Assembly: GCF_009914755.1 (NCBI RefSeq)
Contig: NC_060948.1
Direction: 5' to 3' (one strand)
Origin: the human T2T-CHM13v2.0 reference genome, Homo sapiens
Length of the DNA stretch: 64,000 nt
Shown here: one piece after another, positions 1 to 20,571 of the stretch
Position numbering within the stretch: the stretch's first letter is position 1
Layout of the letters: the number at the start of each line of letters is the position of its first letter
Position numbers and translations under genes: made by a program
The notes under the pieces: model-generated
Told to the model about the DNA's origin: nothing
Database searches by the model: none
Seen by the model: only the letters and a program-made list of their open reading frames with translations

Positions 1-897
1 TACCATATGTGGAATGTCATATATATAACATATAATATATGATATATGATATACAGTATATGATATATAACATACAATATATGATTCCTAATATATATGG
101 TATGCAATATATATTTTATGATATGTATTCTATATGTTTTATATTCTGTTATATATAACTATTTGAAATTATATATAACTGTATAATATTTTATGTAAAT
201 ATGTAATATAATATATATAATATATAATATATTATATATAACTATATATTATGTTATATATACTTTTATAACATAATTTACATAAAATATCATAATATAA
301 TATATATTATATTATTTCATATTACATAATATATATTACATATCACCCAATATAACTAACATACATAATATTATAATATAGATTATATTATGTTATATTA
401 AATATCATATATATCATGTATCATATATTCTATAATATATATTACAAATTATATAATATGTATGTTGTCTATTATGTGATATATATAACTATATATATAA
501 TTATATTTTTATACATATAACTAGATAAACATGTAATTCTACATATTTTCATTTATAATATGTAGAATTATATAATCATATATAATTATTTATATTCTAT
601 AAAAAATTTTATCATTATATAAATTATAATATATAAAAATTATAATATGTACTACAAATATATATATTATATATCATATATGATATACTACCTTTGTTAT
701 ATATCATAATACATATAAATGTGTATTATGTTATCTATAATTATATAATTTCATATATAAGATGTATAATATGTATCATACATTACATATGTTATGTAAT
801 ATATATAGTATATATAAGATGACACAGGATAAATATTATATACTATGACATATAAAATATATGAGGTTATATGTTACATATAAGGCATAGCACATAA

Positions 898-1212
<315 letters not shown>

Positions 1213-1790
1213 AGATCCATATTTTTTAAATGAAAAAAAATTTCAAAGGTACTCTGCTTGGTACAATAATCAAATGTATAAACTGAGGAATAAAACATAA
1301 CCATGAAACCTACTTATAACTGCATATGGAAAATACAGAGGATAATTTTTTAAATAACATATTTTGAAAGCCTTAACTAGTAATTTGAAGAGTTGGCATT
1401 TGAAAGGCCAGTATGAATATACCTTCAAAGCAGCAACACAGGTTCCCCATGAGAAAAAGCAAACACAGGGAAAATAAAAACACAAAGGTTCAATCTCTTC
1501 TGACCTTTGAAAGACACAGCACAGACAGTGGTCCTTAGGACGAAGAGCAGGAGACCCCTAATTCCGTCACCATGGCGATAGGGCATAAACATTGCTGGGT
1601 GAGGGCACAATCCACATTGTGAGGTCCAACTGCTGCCAGGAAGACAGGAGTGCTTTTACATAGACCGAAAGGTCATTGAAGGCTCAGAGTTTTGTTTCAA
1701 GAACTGAATCCCAAGCCCACACGTTATTAGGCTGCACTTCTTAAAACAAGTTATGAGATGGGAAAAAGGGCACCCACAAACATACGTATA
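1213..1790. repeat. HSATI-type GC-richer subunit of DYZ2 (representative copy; recurs directly after every complete Alu, 26 copies)
   Basis: Complex ~580-bp segment (agatccatatttttt...gggcacccacaaacatacgtata) between the Alu 5' end and the AT-rich block, near-identical in all units. The name comes from the established DYZ2 architecture; boundaries are approximate. Confidence 0.8.
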
Positions 1791-3632
<1,842 letters not shown>

Positions 3633-5737
3633 AGATCCATATTTTTTAAATGAAAAAAAATTTCAAAGGTACTCTGCTTGGTACAATAATCAAATGTATA
3701 AACTGAGGAATAAAACATAACCATGAAACCTACTTATAACTGCATATGGAAAATACAGAGGATAATTTTTTAAATAACATATTATGAAAGCCTTAACTAG
3801 TAATTTGAAGAGCTGGCATTTGAAAGGCCAGTATGAATATACCTTCAAAGCAGCAACACAGGTTCCCCATGAGAAAAAGCAAACACAGGGAAAATAAAAA
3901 CACAAAGGTTCAATCTCTTCTGACCTTTGAAAGACACAGCACAGACAGTGCTCCTTAGGACGAAGAGCAGGAGACCCCTAATTCCGTCACCATGGCGATA
4001 GGGCATAAACATTGCTGGGTGAGGGCACAATCCACATTGTGAGGTCCAACTGCTGCCAGGAAGACAGGAGTGCTTTTACATAGACCGAAAGGTCATTGAA
4101 GGCTCAGAGTTTTGTTTCAAGAACTGAATCCCAAGCCCACACGTTATTAGGCTGCGCTTCTTAAAACAAGTTATGAGATGGGAAAAAGGGCACCCACAAA
4201 CATACGTATACATTATGTATATAATAATATACAGTATCATATATATAATATATATAACCTATGTATAATATTGTTTTACATCCTGCATCTTATGTTATAT
4301 ATATTGTATAAAATATAATAATTGATAATATATAAGTTTTATAATTATACAGTAAGACATATAGTATATATTATAATTTATGACATATGTAATATATGTT
4401 ATAAGTCATATATAGAATATATTATACGGTTAATATACGTATTAAATATAAATTATACATTATATATATTATATATAATATATCTGTTATATATAATACC
4501 CATTATGCATAATATATATATTATGTCTATGTTATATATAGTATAAAACAACATATAATAATATATAAATGTATATATAAAATGCGACATATAATATATA
4601 TTATATTTTATAACATATGTAATATATATTATACATTATATATAATAAGTTGTATGTATAATACCTATATTAAATATATATTATATGACTATGTTATTAA
4701 TTACATGTCACATGTGTTATATATTATATATTTTACATAGAATATACCGGTTACATACAACATATACTATGTTACCTATAATGTATAATTTATTACATGT
4801 AAAATAAAGAATGCAATATATTATGTATAATTTATAATATACCATATGTGGAATGTGATATATATAACATATAATATATGATATATGATATACAGTATAT
4901 GATATATAACATACAATATATGATTCCTAATATATATGGTATACAATATATATTTTATGATATGTATTCTATACGTTTTATATTCTGTTATATATAACTA
5001 TTTGAAATTATATATAACTGTATAATATTTTATGTAAATATGTAATATAATATATATAACTATATAATATATTATATATAACTATATATTTTGTTATATA
5101 TACTTTTATAACATAATTTACATAAAATATCATAATATAATATATATTATATTATTTCATATTACATAATATATATTACATATCACCCAATATAACTAAC
5201 ATACATAATATTATAATATAGATTATATTGTGTTATATTAAATATCATATATATCATGTATCATATATTCTATAATATATAATACACATTATATAATATG
5301 TATGTTGTCTATTATGTGATATATATAACTATATATATAATTATATTTTTATACATATAACTAGATAAACATGTAATTCTACATATTTTCATTTATAATA
5401 TGTAGAATTATATAATCATATATAATTATTTATATTCTATAAAAAATTTTATCATTATATAAATTATAATATATAAAAATTATAATATGTACTACAAATA
5501 TATATATTATATATCATATATGCTATAGTTCCTTTGTTATATATCATAATACATATAAATGTGTATTATGTTATCTATAATTATATAATTTCATATATAA
5601 GTTGTATAATATGTATCATATATTATATATGTTATGTAATATATATAGTATATATAAGATGACACAGGATAAATATTATATACTATGACATATAAAATAT
5701 ATGAGGTTATATGTTACATATAAGGCATAGCACATAA

Positions 5738-6052
<315 letters not shown>

Positions 6053-8157
6053 AGATCCATATTTTTTAAATGAAAAAAAATTTCAAAGGTACTCTGCTTG
6101 GTACAATAATCAAATGTATAAACTGAGGAATAAAACATAACCATGAAACCTACTTATAACTGCATATGGAAAATACAGAGGATAATTTTTTAAATAACAT
6201 ATTTTGAAAGCCTTAACTAGTAATTTGAAGAGTTGGCATTTGAAAGGCCAATATGAATATACCTTCAAAGCAGCAACACAGGTTCCCCATGAGAAAAAGC
6301 AAACACAGGGAAAATAAAAACACAAAGGTTCAATCTCTTCTGACCTTTGAAAGACACAGCACAGACAGTGGTCCTTAGGACGAAGAGCAGGAGACCCCTA
6401 ATTCCGTCACCATGGCGATAGGGCATAAACATTGCTGGGTGAGGGCACAATCCACATTGTGAGGTCCAACTGCTGCCAGGAAGACAGGAGTGCTTTTACA
6501 TAGACCGAAAGGTCATTGAAGGCTCAGAGTTTTGTTTCAAGAACTGAATCCCAAGCCCACACGTTATTAGGCTGCGCTTCTTAAAACAAGTTATGAGATG
6601 GGAAAAAGGGCACCCACAAACTTACGTATACATTATGTATATAATAATATACAGTATCATATATATAATATATATAACCTATGTATAATATTGTTTTACA
6701 TCCTGCATCTTATGTTATATATATTGTATAAAATATAATAATTGATAATATATAAGTTTTATAATTATACAATATGACATATAGTATATATTATAATTTA
6801 TGACATATATAATATATGTTATATGTCATATATAGAATATATTATACGGTTAATATACGTATTAAATATAAGTTATACATTCTATATATTATATATAATA
6901 TATCTGTTATATATAATACCCATTATGCATAATATATATATTATGTCTATGTTATATATAGTATAAAACAACATATAATAATATATAATTGTATATATAA
7001 AATGCGACATATAATATATATTATATTTTATAACATATGAAATATATATTATATATTATATATAATACGTTGTATGTATAATACCTATATTAAATATATA
7101 TTATATGACTATGTTATTAATTACATGTCACATGTGTTATATATTATATATTTTACATAGAATATACCGGTTACATACAATATATACTATGTTACCTATA
7201 ATGTATTATTTATTACATGTAAAATAAAGAATGCAATATATTATGTATAATTTATAATATACCATATGTGGAATGTCATATATATAACATATAATATATG
7301 ATATATGATATACAGTATATGATATATAACATACAATATATGATTCCTAATACATATGGTATACAATATATATTTTATGATATGTATTCTATATGTTTTA
7401 TATTCTGTTATATATAACTATTTGAAATTATATATAACTGTATAATATTTTATGTAAATATGTAATATAATATATATAACTATATAATATATTATATATA
7501 ACTATATATTATGTTATATATACTTTTATAACATAATTTACATAAAATATCATAATATAATATATATTATATTATTTCATATTACATAATATATATTACA
7601 TATCACCCAATATAACTAACATACATAATATTATAATATAGATTATATTATGTTATATTAAATATCATCTATATCATGTATCATATATTCTATAATATAT
7701 ATTACACATTATATAATATGTGTGTTGTCTATTATGTGATATATATAACTCTATATATAATTATATTTTTATACATATAACTAGATAAACATGTAATTCT
7801 ACATATTTTCATTTATAATATGTAGAATTATATAATCATATATAATTATTTATATTCTATAAAAAATTTTATCTTTATATAAATTATAATATATAAAAAT
7901 TATAATATGTACTACAAATATATATATTATATATCATATATGATATAGTACCTTTGTTATATATCATAATACATATAAATGTGTATTATGTTATCTATAA
8001 TTATATAATTTCATATATAAGTTGTATAATATGTATCATATATTATATATGTTATGTAATATATATAGTATATATAAGATGACACAGGATAAATATTATA
8101 TACTATGACATATAAAATATATGAGGTTATATGTTACATATAAGGCATAGCACATAA

Positions 8158-8472
<315 letters not shown>

Positions 8473-10575
8473 AGATCCATATTTTTTAAATGAAAAAAAA
8501 TTTCAAAGGTACTCTGCTTGGTACAATAATAAAATGTATAAACTGAGGAATAAAACATAACCATGAAACCTACTTATAACTGCATATGGAAAATACAGAG
8601 GATAATTTTTTAAATAACATATTATGAAAGCCTTAACTAGTAATTTGAAGAGCTGGCATTTGAAAGGCCAGTATGAATATACCTTCAAAGCAGCAACACA
8701 GGTTCCCCATGAGAAATAGCAAACACAGGGAAAATAAAAACACAAAGGTTCAATCTCTTCTGACCTTTGAAAGACACAGCACAGACAGTGGTCCTTAGGA
8801 CGAAGAGCAGGAGACCCCTAATTCCGTCACCATGGCGATAGGGCATAAACATTGCTGGGTGAGGGCACAATCCACATTGTGAGGTCCAACTGCTGCCAGG
8901 AAGACAGGAGTGCTTTTACATAGACCGAAAGGTCATTGAAGGCTCAGAGTTTTGTTTCAAGAACTGAATCCCAAACCCACACGTTATTAGGCTGCGCTTC
9001 TTAAAACAAGTTATGAGATGGGAAAAAGGGCACCCACAAACATACGTATACATTATGTATATAATAATATACAGTATCATATATATAATATATATAACCT
9101 ATGTATAATATTGTTTTACATCCTGCATCTTATGTTATATATATTGTATAAAATATAATAATTGATAATATATAAGTTTTATAATTATACAATATGACAT
9201 ACAGTATATATTATAATTTATGACATATATAATATATGTTATATGTCATATATAGAATATATTATACGGTTAATATACGTATTAAATATAAATTATACAT
9301 TATATATATTATATATAATATATCTGTTATATATAATACCCATTATGCATAATATATATATTATGTCTATGTTATATATAGTATAAAACAACATATAATA
9401 ATATATAATTGTATATATGAAATGCGACATATAATATATATTATATTTTATAACATATGAAATATATATTATATATTATATATAATACGTTGTATGTATA
9501 ATACCTATATTAAATATATATTATATGACTATGTTATTAATTACATGTCACATGTGTTATATATTATATATTTTACATAGAATATACCGGTTACATACAA
9601 TATATACTATGTTACCTATAATGTATAATTTATTACATGTAAAATAAAGAATGCAATATATTATGTATAATTTATAATATACCATATGTGGAATGTGATA
9701 TATATAACATATAATATATGATATATGATATACAGTATATGATATATAACATACAATATATGATTCCTAATACATATTGTATACAATATATATTTTATGA
9801 TATGTATTCTATATGTTTTATATTCTGTTATATATAACTATTTGAAATTATATATAACTGTATAATATTTTATGTAAATATGTATTATAATATATATAAC
9901 TATATAATATATTATATATAACTATATATTATGTTATATATACTTTTATAACATAATTTACATAATATATCATAATATAATATATATTATATTATTTCAT
10001 ATTACATAATATATATTACATATCACCCAATATAACTAACATACATAATATTATTATATAGATTATATTGTGTTATATTAAATATCATATATATCATGTA
10101 TCATATATTCTATAATATATATTACACATTATATAATATGTATGTTGTCTATTATGTGATATATATAACTATATATATAATTATATTTTTATACATATAA
10201 CTAGATAAACATGTAATTCTACATATTTTCATTTATAATATGTAGAATTATATAATCATATATAATTATTTATATTCTAAAAAATTTTATCATTCTATAA
10301 ATTATAATATATAAAAATTATAATATGTACTACAAATATATATATTATATATCATATATGATATAGTACCTTTGTTATATATCATAATACATATAAATGT
10401 GTATTATGTTATCTATAATTATATAATTTCATATATAAGATGTATAATATGTATCATATATTATATATGTTATGTAATATATATAGTATATATAAGATGA
10501 CACAGGATAAATATTATATACTATGACATATAAAATATATGAGGTTATATGTTACATATAAGGCATAGCACATAA

Positions 10576-10890
<315 letters not shown>

Positions 10891-12990
10891 AGATCCATAT
10901 TTTTTAAATGAAAAAAAATTTCAAAGGTACTCTGCTTGGTACAATAATCAAATGTATAAACTGAGGAATAAAACATAACCATGAAACCTACTTATAACTG
11001 CATATGGAAAACACAGAGGATAATTTTCTAAATAACATATTTTGAAAGCCTTAACTAGTAATTTGAAGAGTTGGCATTTGAAAGGCCAGTATGAATATAC
11101 CTTCAAAGCAGCAACACAGGTTCCCCGTGAGAAAAAGCAAACACAGGGAAAATAAAAACACAAAGGTTCAATCTCTTCTGACCTTTGCAAGACACAGCAC
11201 AGACAGTGGTCCTTAGGACGAAGAGCAGGAGACCCCTAATTCCGTCACCATGGCGATAGGGCATAAACATTGCTGGGTGAGGGCACAATCCACATTGTGA
11301 GGTCCAACTGCTGCCAGGAAGACAGGAGTGCTTTTACATAGACCGAAAGGTCATTGAAGGCTCAGAGTTTTGTTTCAAGAACTGAATCCCAAGCCCACAC
11401 GTTATTAGGCTGCGCTTCTTAAAACAAGTTATGAGATGGGAAAAAGGGCACCCACAAACATACGTATACATTATGTATATAATAATATACAGTATCATAT
11501 ATATAATATATATAACCTATGTATAATATTGTTTTACATCCTGCATCTTATGTTATATATATTGTATAAAATATAATAATTGATAATATATAAGTTTTAT
11601 AATTATACAATATGACATATAGTATATATTATAATTTATGACATATATAATATATGTTATATGTCATATATAGAATATATTATACGGTTAACATACGTAT
11701 TATTATAAATTATACATTGTATATATTATATATAATATATCTGTTATATATAATACCCATTATGCATAATATATATATTATGTCTATGCTATATATAGTA
11801 TAAAACAACATATAATAATATATAATTGTATATATAAAATGCGACATATAATATATATTATATTTTATAACATATGTAATATATATTATATATTATATAT
11901 AATACGTTGTATGTATAATACCTATATTAAATATATATTATATGACTATGTTATTAATTACATGTCACATGTGTTATATATTATATATTTTACATAGAAT
12001 ATACCGGTTACATACAATATATACTATGTTACCTATAATGTATAATTTATTACCTGTAAAATAAAGAATGCAATATATTATGTAAAATTTATAATATACC
12101 ATATGTGGAATGTCATATATTTAACATATAATATATGATATATGATATACAGTATATGATATATAACATACAATATATGATTCCTAATATATATGGTATA
12201 CAATATATATTTTATGATATGTATTCTATATGTTTTATATTCTGTTATATATAACTATTTGAAATTATATATAACTGTATAATATTTTATGTAAATATGT
12301 AATATAATATATATAACTATATAATATATTATATATAACTATATATTATGTTATATATACTTTTATAACATAATTTACATAAAATATCATAATATAATAT
12401 ATATTATATTATTTCATATTACATAATATATATTACATATCACCCAATATAACTAACATACATAATATTATAATATAGATTATATTGTGTTATATTAAAT
12501 ATCATATATATCATGTATCATATATTCTACAATATATATTACACACTATATAATATGTATGTTGTCTACTATATGATATATATAACTATATATATAATTA
12601 TATTTTTATACATATAACTAGATAAACATGTAATTCTACATATTTTCATTTATAATATGTAGAATTATATAATCATATATAATTATATTCTATAAAAAAT
12701 TTTATCATTATATAAATTATAATATATAAAAATTATAATATGTACTACAAATATATATATTATATATCATATATGATATAGTACCTTTGTTATATATCAT
12801 AATACATATAAATGTGTATTATGTTATCTATAATTATATAATTTCATATATAAGATGTATAATATGTATCATATATTATATATGTTATGTAATATATATA
12901 GTATATATAAGATGACACAGGATAAATATTATATACTATGACATATAAAATATATGAGGTTATATGTTACATATAAGGCATAGCACATAA

Positions 12991-13305
<315 letters not shown>

Positions 13306-15410
13306 AGATCCATATTTTTTAAATGAAAAAAAATTTCAAAGGTACTCTGCTTGGTACAATAATCAAATGTATAAACTGAGGAATAAAACATAACCATGAA
13401 ACCTACTTATAACTGCATATGGAAAATACAGAGGATAATTTTTTAAATAACATATTTTGAAAGCCTTAACTAGTAATTTGAAGAGTTGGCATTTGAAAGG
13501 CCAGTATGAATATACCTTCAAAGCAGCAACACAGGTTCCCCATGAGAAAAAGCAAACACAGGGAAAATAAAAACACAAAGGTTCAATCTCTTCTGACCTT
13601 TGAAAGACACAGCACAGACAGTGGTCCTTAGGACGAAGAGCAGGAGACCCCTAATTCCGTCACCATGGCGATAGGGCATAAACATTGCTGGGTGAGGGCA
13701 CAATCCACATTGTGAGGTCCAACTGCTGCCAGGAAGACAGGAGTGCTTTTACATAGACCGAAAGGTCATTGAAGGCTCAGAGTTTTGTTTCAAGAACTGA
13801 ATCCCAAGCCCACACGTTATTAGGCTGCGCTTCTTAAAACAAGTTATGAGATGGGAAAAAGGGCACCCACAAACATACGTATACATTATGTATATAATAA
13901 TATACAGTATCATATATATAATATATATAACCTATGTATAATATTGTTTTACATCCTGCATCTTATGTTATATATATTGTATAAAATATAATAATTGATA
14001 ATATATAAGTTTTATAATTATACAATATGACATATGGTATATATTATAATTTATGACATACATAATATATGTTATATGTCATATATAGAATATATTATAC
14101 GGTTAATATACGTATTAAATATAAATTATACATTATATATATTATATATAATATATCTGTTATATATAATACCCATTATGCATAATATATATATTATGTC
14201 TATGTTATATATAGTATAAAACAACATATAATAATATATAATTGTGTATATAAAATGCGACATATAATATATATTATATTTTATAACATATGAAATATAT
14301 ATTATATATTATATATAATACGTTGTATGTATAATACCTATATTAAATATATATTATATGACTATGTTATTAATTACATGTCACATGTGTTATATATTAT
14401 ATATTTTACATAGAATATACCGGTTACATACAATATATACTATGTTACCTATAATGTATAATTTATTACATGTAAAATAAAGAATGCAATATATTATGTA
14501 TAATTTATAATATACAATATGTGGAATGTGATATATATAACATATAATATATGATATATGATATACAGTATATGATATATAACATACAATATATGATACC
14601 TAGTATATATGGTATACAATATATATTTTATGATATGTATTCTATATGTTTTATATTCTGTTATATATAACTATTTGAAATTATATATAACTGTATAATA
14701 TTTTATGTAAATATGTAATATAATATATATAACTATATAATATATTATATATAACTATATATTATGTTATATATACTTTTATAACATAATTTACATAAAA
14801 TATCATAATATAATATATATTATATTATTTCATATTACATAATATATATTACATATCACCCAATATAACTAACATACATAATATTATAATATAGATTATA
14901 TTGTGTTATATTAAATATCATATATATCATGTATCATATATTCTATAATATATATTACACACTATATAATATGTATGTTGTCTATTATGTGATATATATA
15001 ACTCTATATATAATTATATTTTTATACATATAAATAGATAAACATGTAATTCTACATATTTTCATTTATAATATGTAGAATTATATAATCATATATAATT
15101 ATTTACATGCTATAAAAAATTTTATCATTATATAAATTATAATATATAAAAATTATAATATGTACTACAAATATATATATTATATATCATATATGATATA
15201 GTACCTTTGTTATATATCATAATACATATAAATGTGTATTATGTTATCTATAATTATATAATTTCATATATAAGATGTATAATATGTATCATATATTATA
15301 TATGTTATGTAATATATATAGTATATATAAGATGACACAGGATAAATATTATATACTATGACATATAAAATATATGAGGTTATATGTTACATATAAGGCA
15401 TAGCACATAA

Positions 15411-15725
<315 letters not shown>

Positions 15726-17856
15726 AGATCCATATTTTTTAAATGAAAAAAAATTTCAAAGGTACTCTGCTTGGTACAATAATCAAATGTATAAACTGAG
15801 GAATAAAACATAACCATGAAACCTACTTATAACTGCATATGGAAAATACAGAGGATAATTTTTTAAATAACATATTTTGAAAGCCTTAACTAGTAATTTG
15901 AAGAGTTGGCATTTGAAAGGCCAGTATGAATATACCTTCAAAGCAGCAACACAGGTTCCCCATGAGAAAAAGCAAACACAGGGAAAATAAAAACACAAAG
16001 GTTCAATCTCTTCTGACCTTTGAAAGACACAGCACAGACAGTGGTCCTTAGGACGAAGAGCAGGAGACCCCTAATTCCGTCACCATGGCGATAGGGCATA
16101 AACATTGCTGGGTGAGGGCACAATCCACATTCTGAGGTCCAACTGCTGCCAGGAAGACAGGAGTGCTTTTACATAGACCGAAAGGTCATTGAAGGCTCAG
16201 AGTTTTGTTTCAAGAACTGAATCCCAAGCCCACACGTTATTAGGCTGCGCTTCTTAAAACAAGTTATGAGATGGGAAAAAGGGCACCCACAAACATACGT
16301 ATACATTATGTATATAATAATATACAGTATCATATATATAATATATATAACCTATGTATAATATTGTTTTACATCCTGCATCTTATGTTATATATATTGT
16401 ATAAAATATAATAATTGATAATATATAAGTTTTATAATTATACAATATGACATATAGTATATATTATAATTTATGACATACATAATATATGTTATATGTC
16501 ATATATAGAATATATTATACGGTTAATATACGTATTAAATATAAATTATACATTATATATATTATATATAATATATCTGTTATATATAATACCCATTATG
16601 CATAATATATATATTATGTCTATGTTATATATAGTATAAAACAACATATAATAATATATAATTGTGTATATAAAATGCGACATATAATATATATTATATT
16701 TTATAACATATGAAATATATATTATATATTATATATAATACGTTGTATGTATAATACCTATATTAAATATATATTATATGACTATGTTATTAATTACATG
16801 TCACATGTGTTATATATTATATATTTTACATAGAATATACCGGTTACATACAATATATACTATGTTACCTATAATGTATAATTTATTACATGTAAAATAA
16901 AGAATGCAATATATTATGTATAATTTATAATATACAATATGTGGAATGTGATATATATAACATATAATATATGATATATGATATACAGTATATGATATAT
17001 AACATACAATATATGATACCTAGTATATATGGTATACAATATATATTTTATGATATGTATTCTATATGTTTTATATTCTGTTATATATAACTATTTGAAA
17101 TTATATATAACTGTATAATATTTTATGTAAATATGTAATATAATATATATAACTATATAATATATTATATATAACTATATATTATGTTATATATACTTTT
17201 ATAACATAATTTACATAAAATATCATAATATAATATATATTATATTATTTCATATTACATAATATATATTACATATCACCCAATATAACTAACATACATA
17301 ATATTATAATATAGATTATATTGTGTTATATTAAATATCATATATATCATGTATCATATATTCTATAATATATATTACACATTATATAATATGTATGTTG
17401 TCTATTATATGATATATATAACTCTATATATAATTATATTTTTATACATATAACTAGATAAACATGTAATTCTACATATTTTCATTTATAATATGTAGAA
17501 TTATATAATCATATATAATTATTTATATTCTATAAAAAATTTTATCATTCTATAAATTATAATATATAAAAATTATAATATGTACTACAAATATTATATA
17601 TATTATATATCATATATGATATAGTACCTTTGTTATATATCATAATACATATAAATGTGTATTATGTTATCTATAATTATATAATTTCATATATAAGATG
17701 TATAATATGTATCATATATTATATATGTTATGTAATATATATAGTATATATAAGATGACACAGGATAAATATTATATACTATGACATATAAAATATATGA
17801 GGTTATATGTTACATATAAGGCATAGCACATAACATGTAATATATATCATATATAA

Positions 17857-18148
17857 TTTTTTTTTAGACAGAATCTTGTCCTGTTGCACAGGGTGGGGTA
17901 CAATGGCGCCATCTTTGCTCACTGCAACTTCTGCCTCACGGGACCAAGCGATTGTCCTCCCTCAGCCTCCCAGGTAGCTGGGACTACACCACACTGGGAC
18001 TACACCAGCTGCCACCATGCCTAGCTAATTTTTTGGATTTTTAGTAGTGACAGCGTTTCACTGTATTGGCCAGGATGGTCTTGATCTCTTCACCTTGTGA
18101 TCCCCTTGCCTTGGCCTCCAAATTTGCTGGGATTACAGGCCTGAGCCA
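17857..18148 (-). mobile_element. Alu in DYZ2 unit (copy 8)
   Basis: Same Alu sequence, acgggacc variant. Confidence 0.93.
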
Positions 18149-20279
18149 AGATCCATATTTTTTAAATGAAAAAAAATTTCAAAGGTACTCTGCTTGGTAC
18201 AATAATCAAATGTATAAACTGAGGAATAAAACATAACCATGAAACCTACTTATAACTGCATATGGAAAATACAGAGGATAATTTTTTAAATAACATATTT
18301 TGAAAGCCTTAACTAGTAATTTGAAGAGTTGGCATTTGAAAGGCCAGTATGAATATACCTTCAAAGCAGCAACACAGGTTCCCCATGAGAAAAAGCAAAC
18401 ACAGGGAAAATAAAAACACAAAGGTTCAATCTCTTCTGACCTTTGAAAGACACAGCACAGACAGTGGTCCTTAGGACGAAGAGCAGGAGACCCCTAATTC
18501 CGTCACCATGGCGATAGGGCATAAACATTGCTGGGTGAGGGCACAATCCACATTCTGAGGTCCAACTGCTGCCAGGAAGACAGGAGTGCTTTTACATAGA
18601 CCGAAAGGTCATTGAAGGCTCAGAGTTTTGTTTCAAGAACTGAATCCCAAGCCCACACGTTATTAGGCTGCGCTTCTTAAAACAAGTTATGAGATGGGAA
18701 AAAGGGCACCCACAAACATACGTATACATTATGTATATAATAATATACAGTATCATATATATAATATATATAACCTATGTATAATATTGTTTTACATCCT
18801 GCATCTTATGTTATATATATTGTATAAAATATAATAATTGATAATATATAAGTTTTATAATTATACAATATGACATATAGTATATATTATAATTTATGAC
18901 ATACATAATATATGTTATATGTCATATATAGAATATATTATACGGTTAATATACGTATTAAATATAAATTATACATTATATATATTATATATAATATATC
19001 TGTTATATATAATACCCATTATGCATAATATATATATTATGTCTATGTTATATATAGTATAAAACAACATATAATAATATATAATTGTGTATATAAAATG
19101 CGACATATAATATATATTATATTTTATAACATATGAAATATATATTATATATTATATATAATACGTTGTATGTATAATACCTATATTAAATATATATTAT
19201 ATGACTATGTTATTAATTACATGTCACATGTGTTATATATTATATATTTTACATAGAATATACCGGTTACATACAATATATACTATGTTACCTATAATGT
19301 ATAATTTATTACATGTAAAATAAAGAATGCAATATATTATGTATAATTTATAATATACAATATGTGGAATGTGATATATATAACATATAATATATGATAT
19401 ATGATATACAGTATATGATATATAACATACAATATATGATACCTAGTATATATGGTATACAATATATATTTTATGATATGTATTCTATATGTTTTATATT
19501 CTGTTATATATAACTATTTGAAATTATATATAACTGTATAATATTTTATGTAAATATGTAATATAATATATATAACTATATAATATATTATATATAACTA
19601 TATATTATGTTATATATACTTTTATAACATAATTTACATAAAATATCATAATATAATATATATTATATTATTTCATATTACATAATATATATTACATATC
19701 ACCCAATATAACTAACATACATAATATTATAATATAGATTATATTGTGTTATATTAAATATCATATATATCATGTATCATATATTCTATAATATATATTA
19801 CACATTATATAATATGTATGTTGTCTATTATATGATATATATAACTCTATATATAATTATATTTTTATACATATAACTAGATAAACATGTAATTCTACAT
19901 ATTTTCATTTATAATATGTAGAATTATATAATCATATATAATTATTTATATTCTATAAAAAATTTTATCATTCTATAAATTATAATATATAAAAATTATA
20001 ATATGTACTACAAATATTATATATATTATATATCATATATGATATAGTACCTTTGTTATATATCATAATACATATAAATGTGTATTATGTTATCTATAAT
20101 TATATAATTTCATATATAAGATGTATAATATGTATCATATATTATATATGTTATGTAATATATATAGTATATATAAGATGACACAGGATAAATATTATAT
20201 ACTATGACATATAAAATATATGAGGTTATATGTTACATATAAGGCATAGCACATAACATGTAATATATATCATATATAA

Positions 20280-20571
20280 TTTTTTTTTAGACAGAATCTT
20301 GTCCTGTTGCACAGGGTGGGGTACAATGGCGCCATCTTTGCTCACTGCAACTTCTGCCTCACGGGACCAAGCGATTGTCCTCCCTCAGCCTCCCAGGTAG
20401 CTGGGACTACACCACACTGGGACTACACCAGCTGCCACCATGCCTAGCTAATTTTTTGGATTTTTAGTAGTGACAGCGTTTCACTGTATTGGCCAGGATG
20501 GTCTTGATCTCTTCACCTTGTGATCCCCTTGCCTTGGCCTCCAAATTTGCTGGGATTACAGGCCTGAGCCA
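20280..20571 (-). mobile_element. Alu in DYZ2 unit (copy 9)
   Basis: Same Alu sequence, acgggacc variant. Confidence 0.93.

Noticed and set aside
1270-1610. Recurring overlapping minus-strand ORFs (61 aa MCPHPAMF..., 71 aa MCFYFPCV...) in nearly every unit
   Set aside because: They are short, have no recognisable domain, and recur only because the DNA unit is repeated. Many variants change the amino acids. The track's start for the 71-aa ORF is lost in B units, and the 61-aa ORF is frameshifted at ~59505. No sign of coding constraint.
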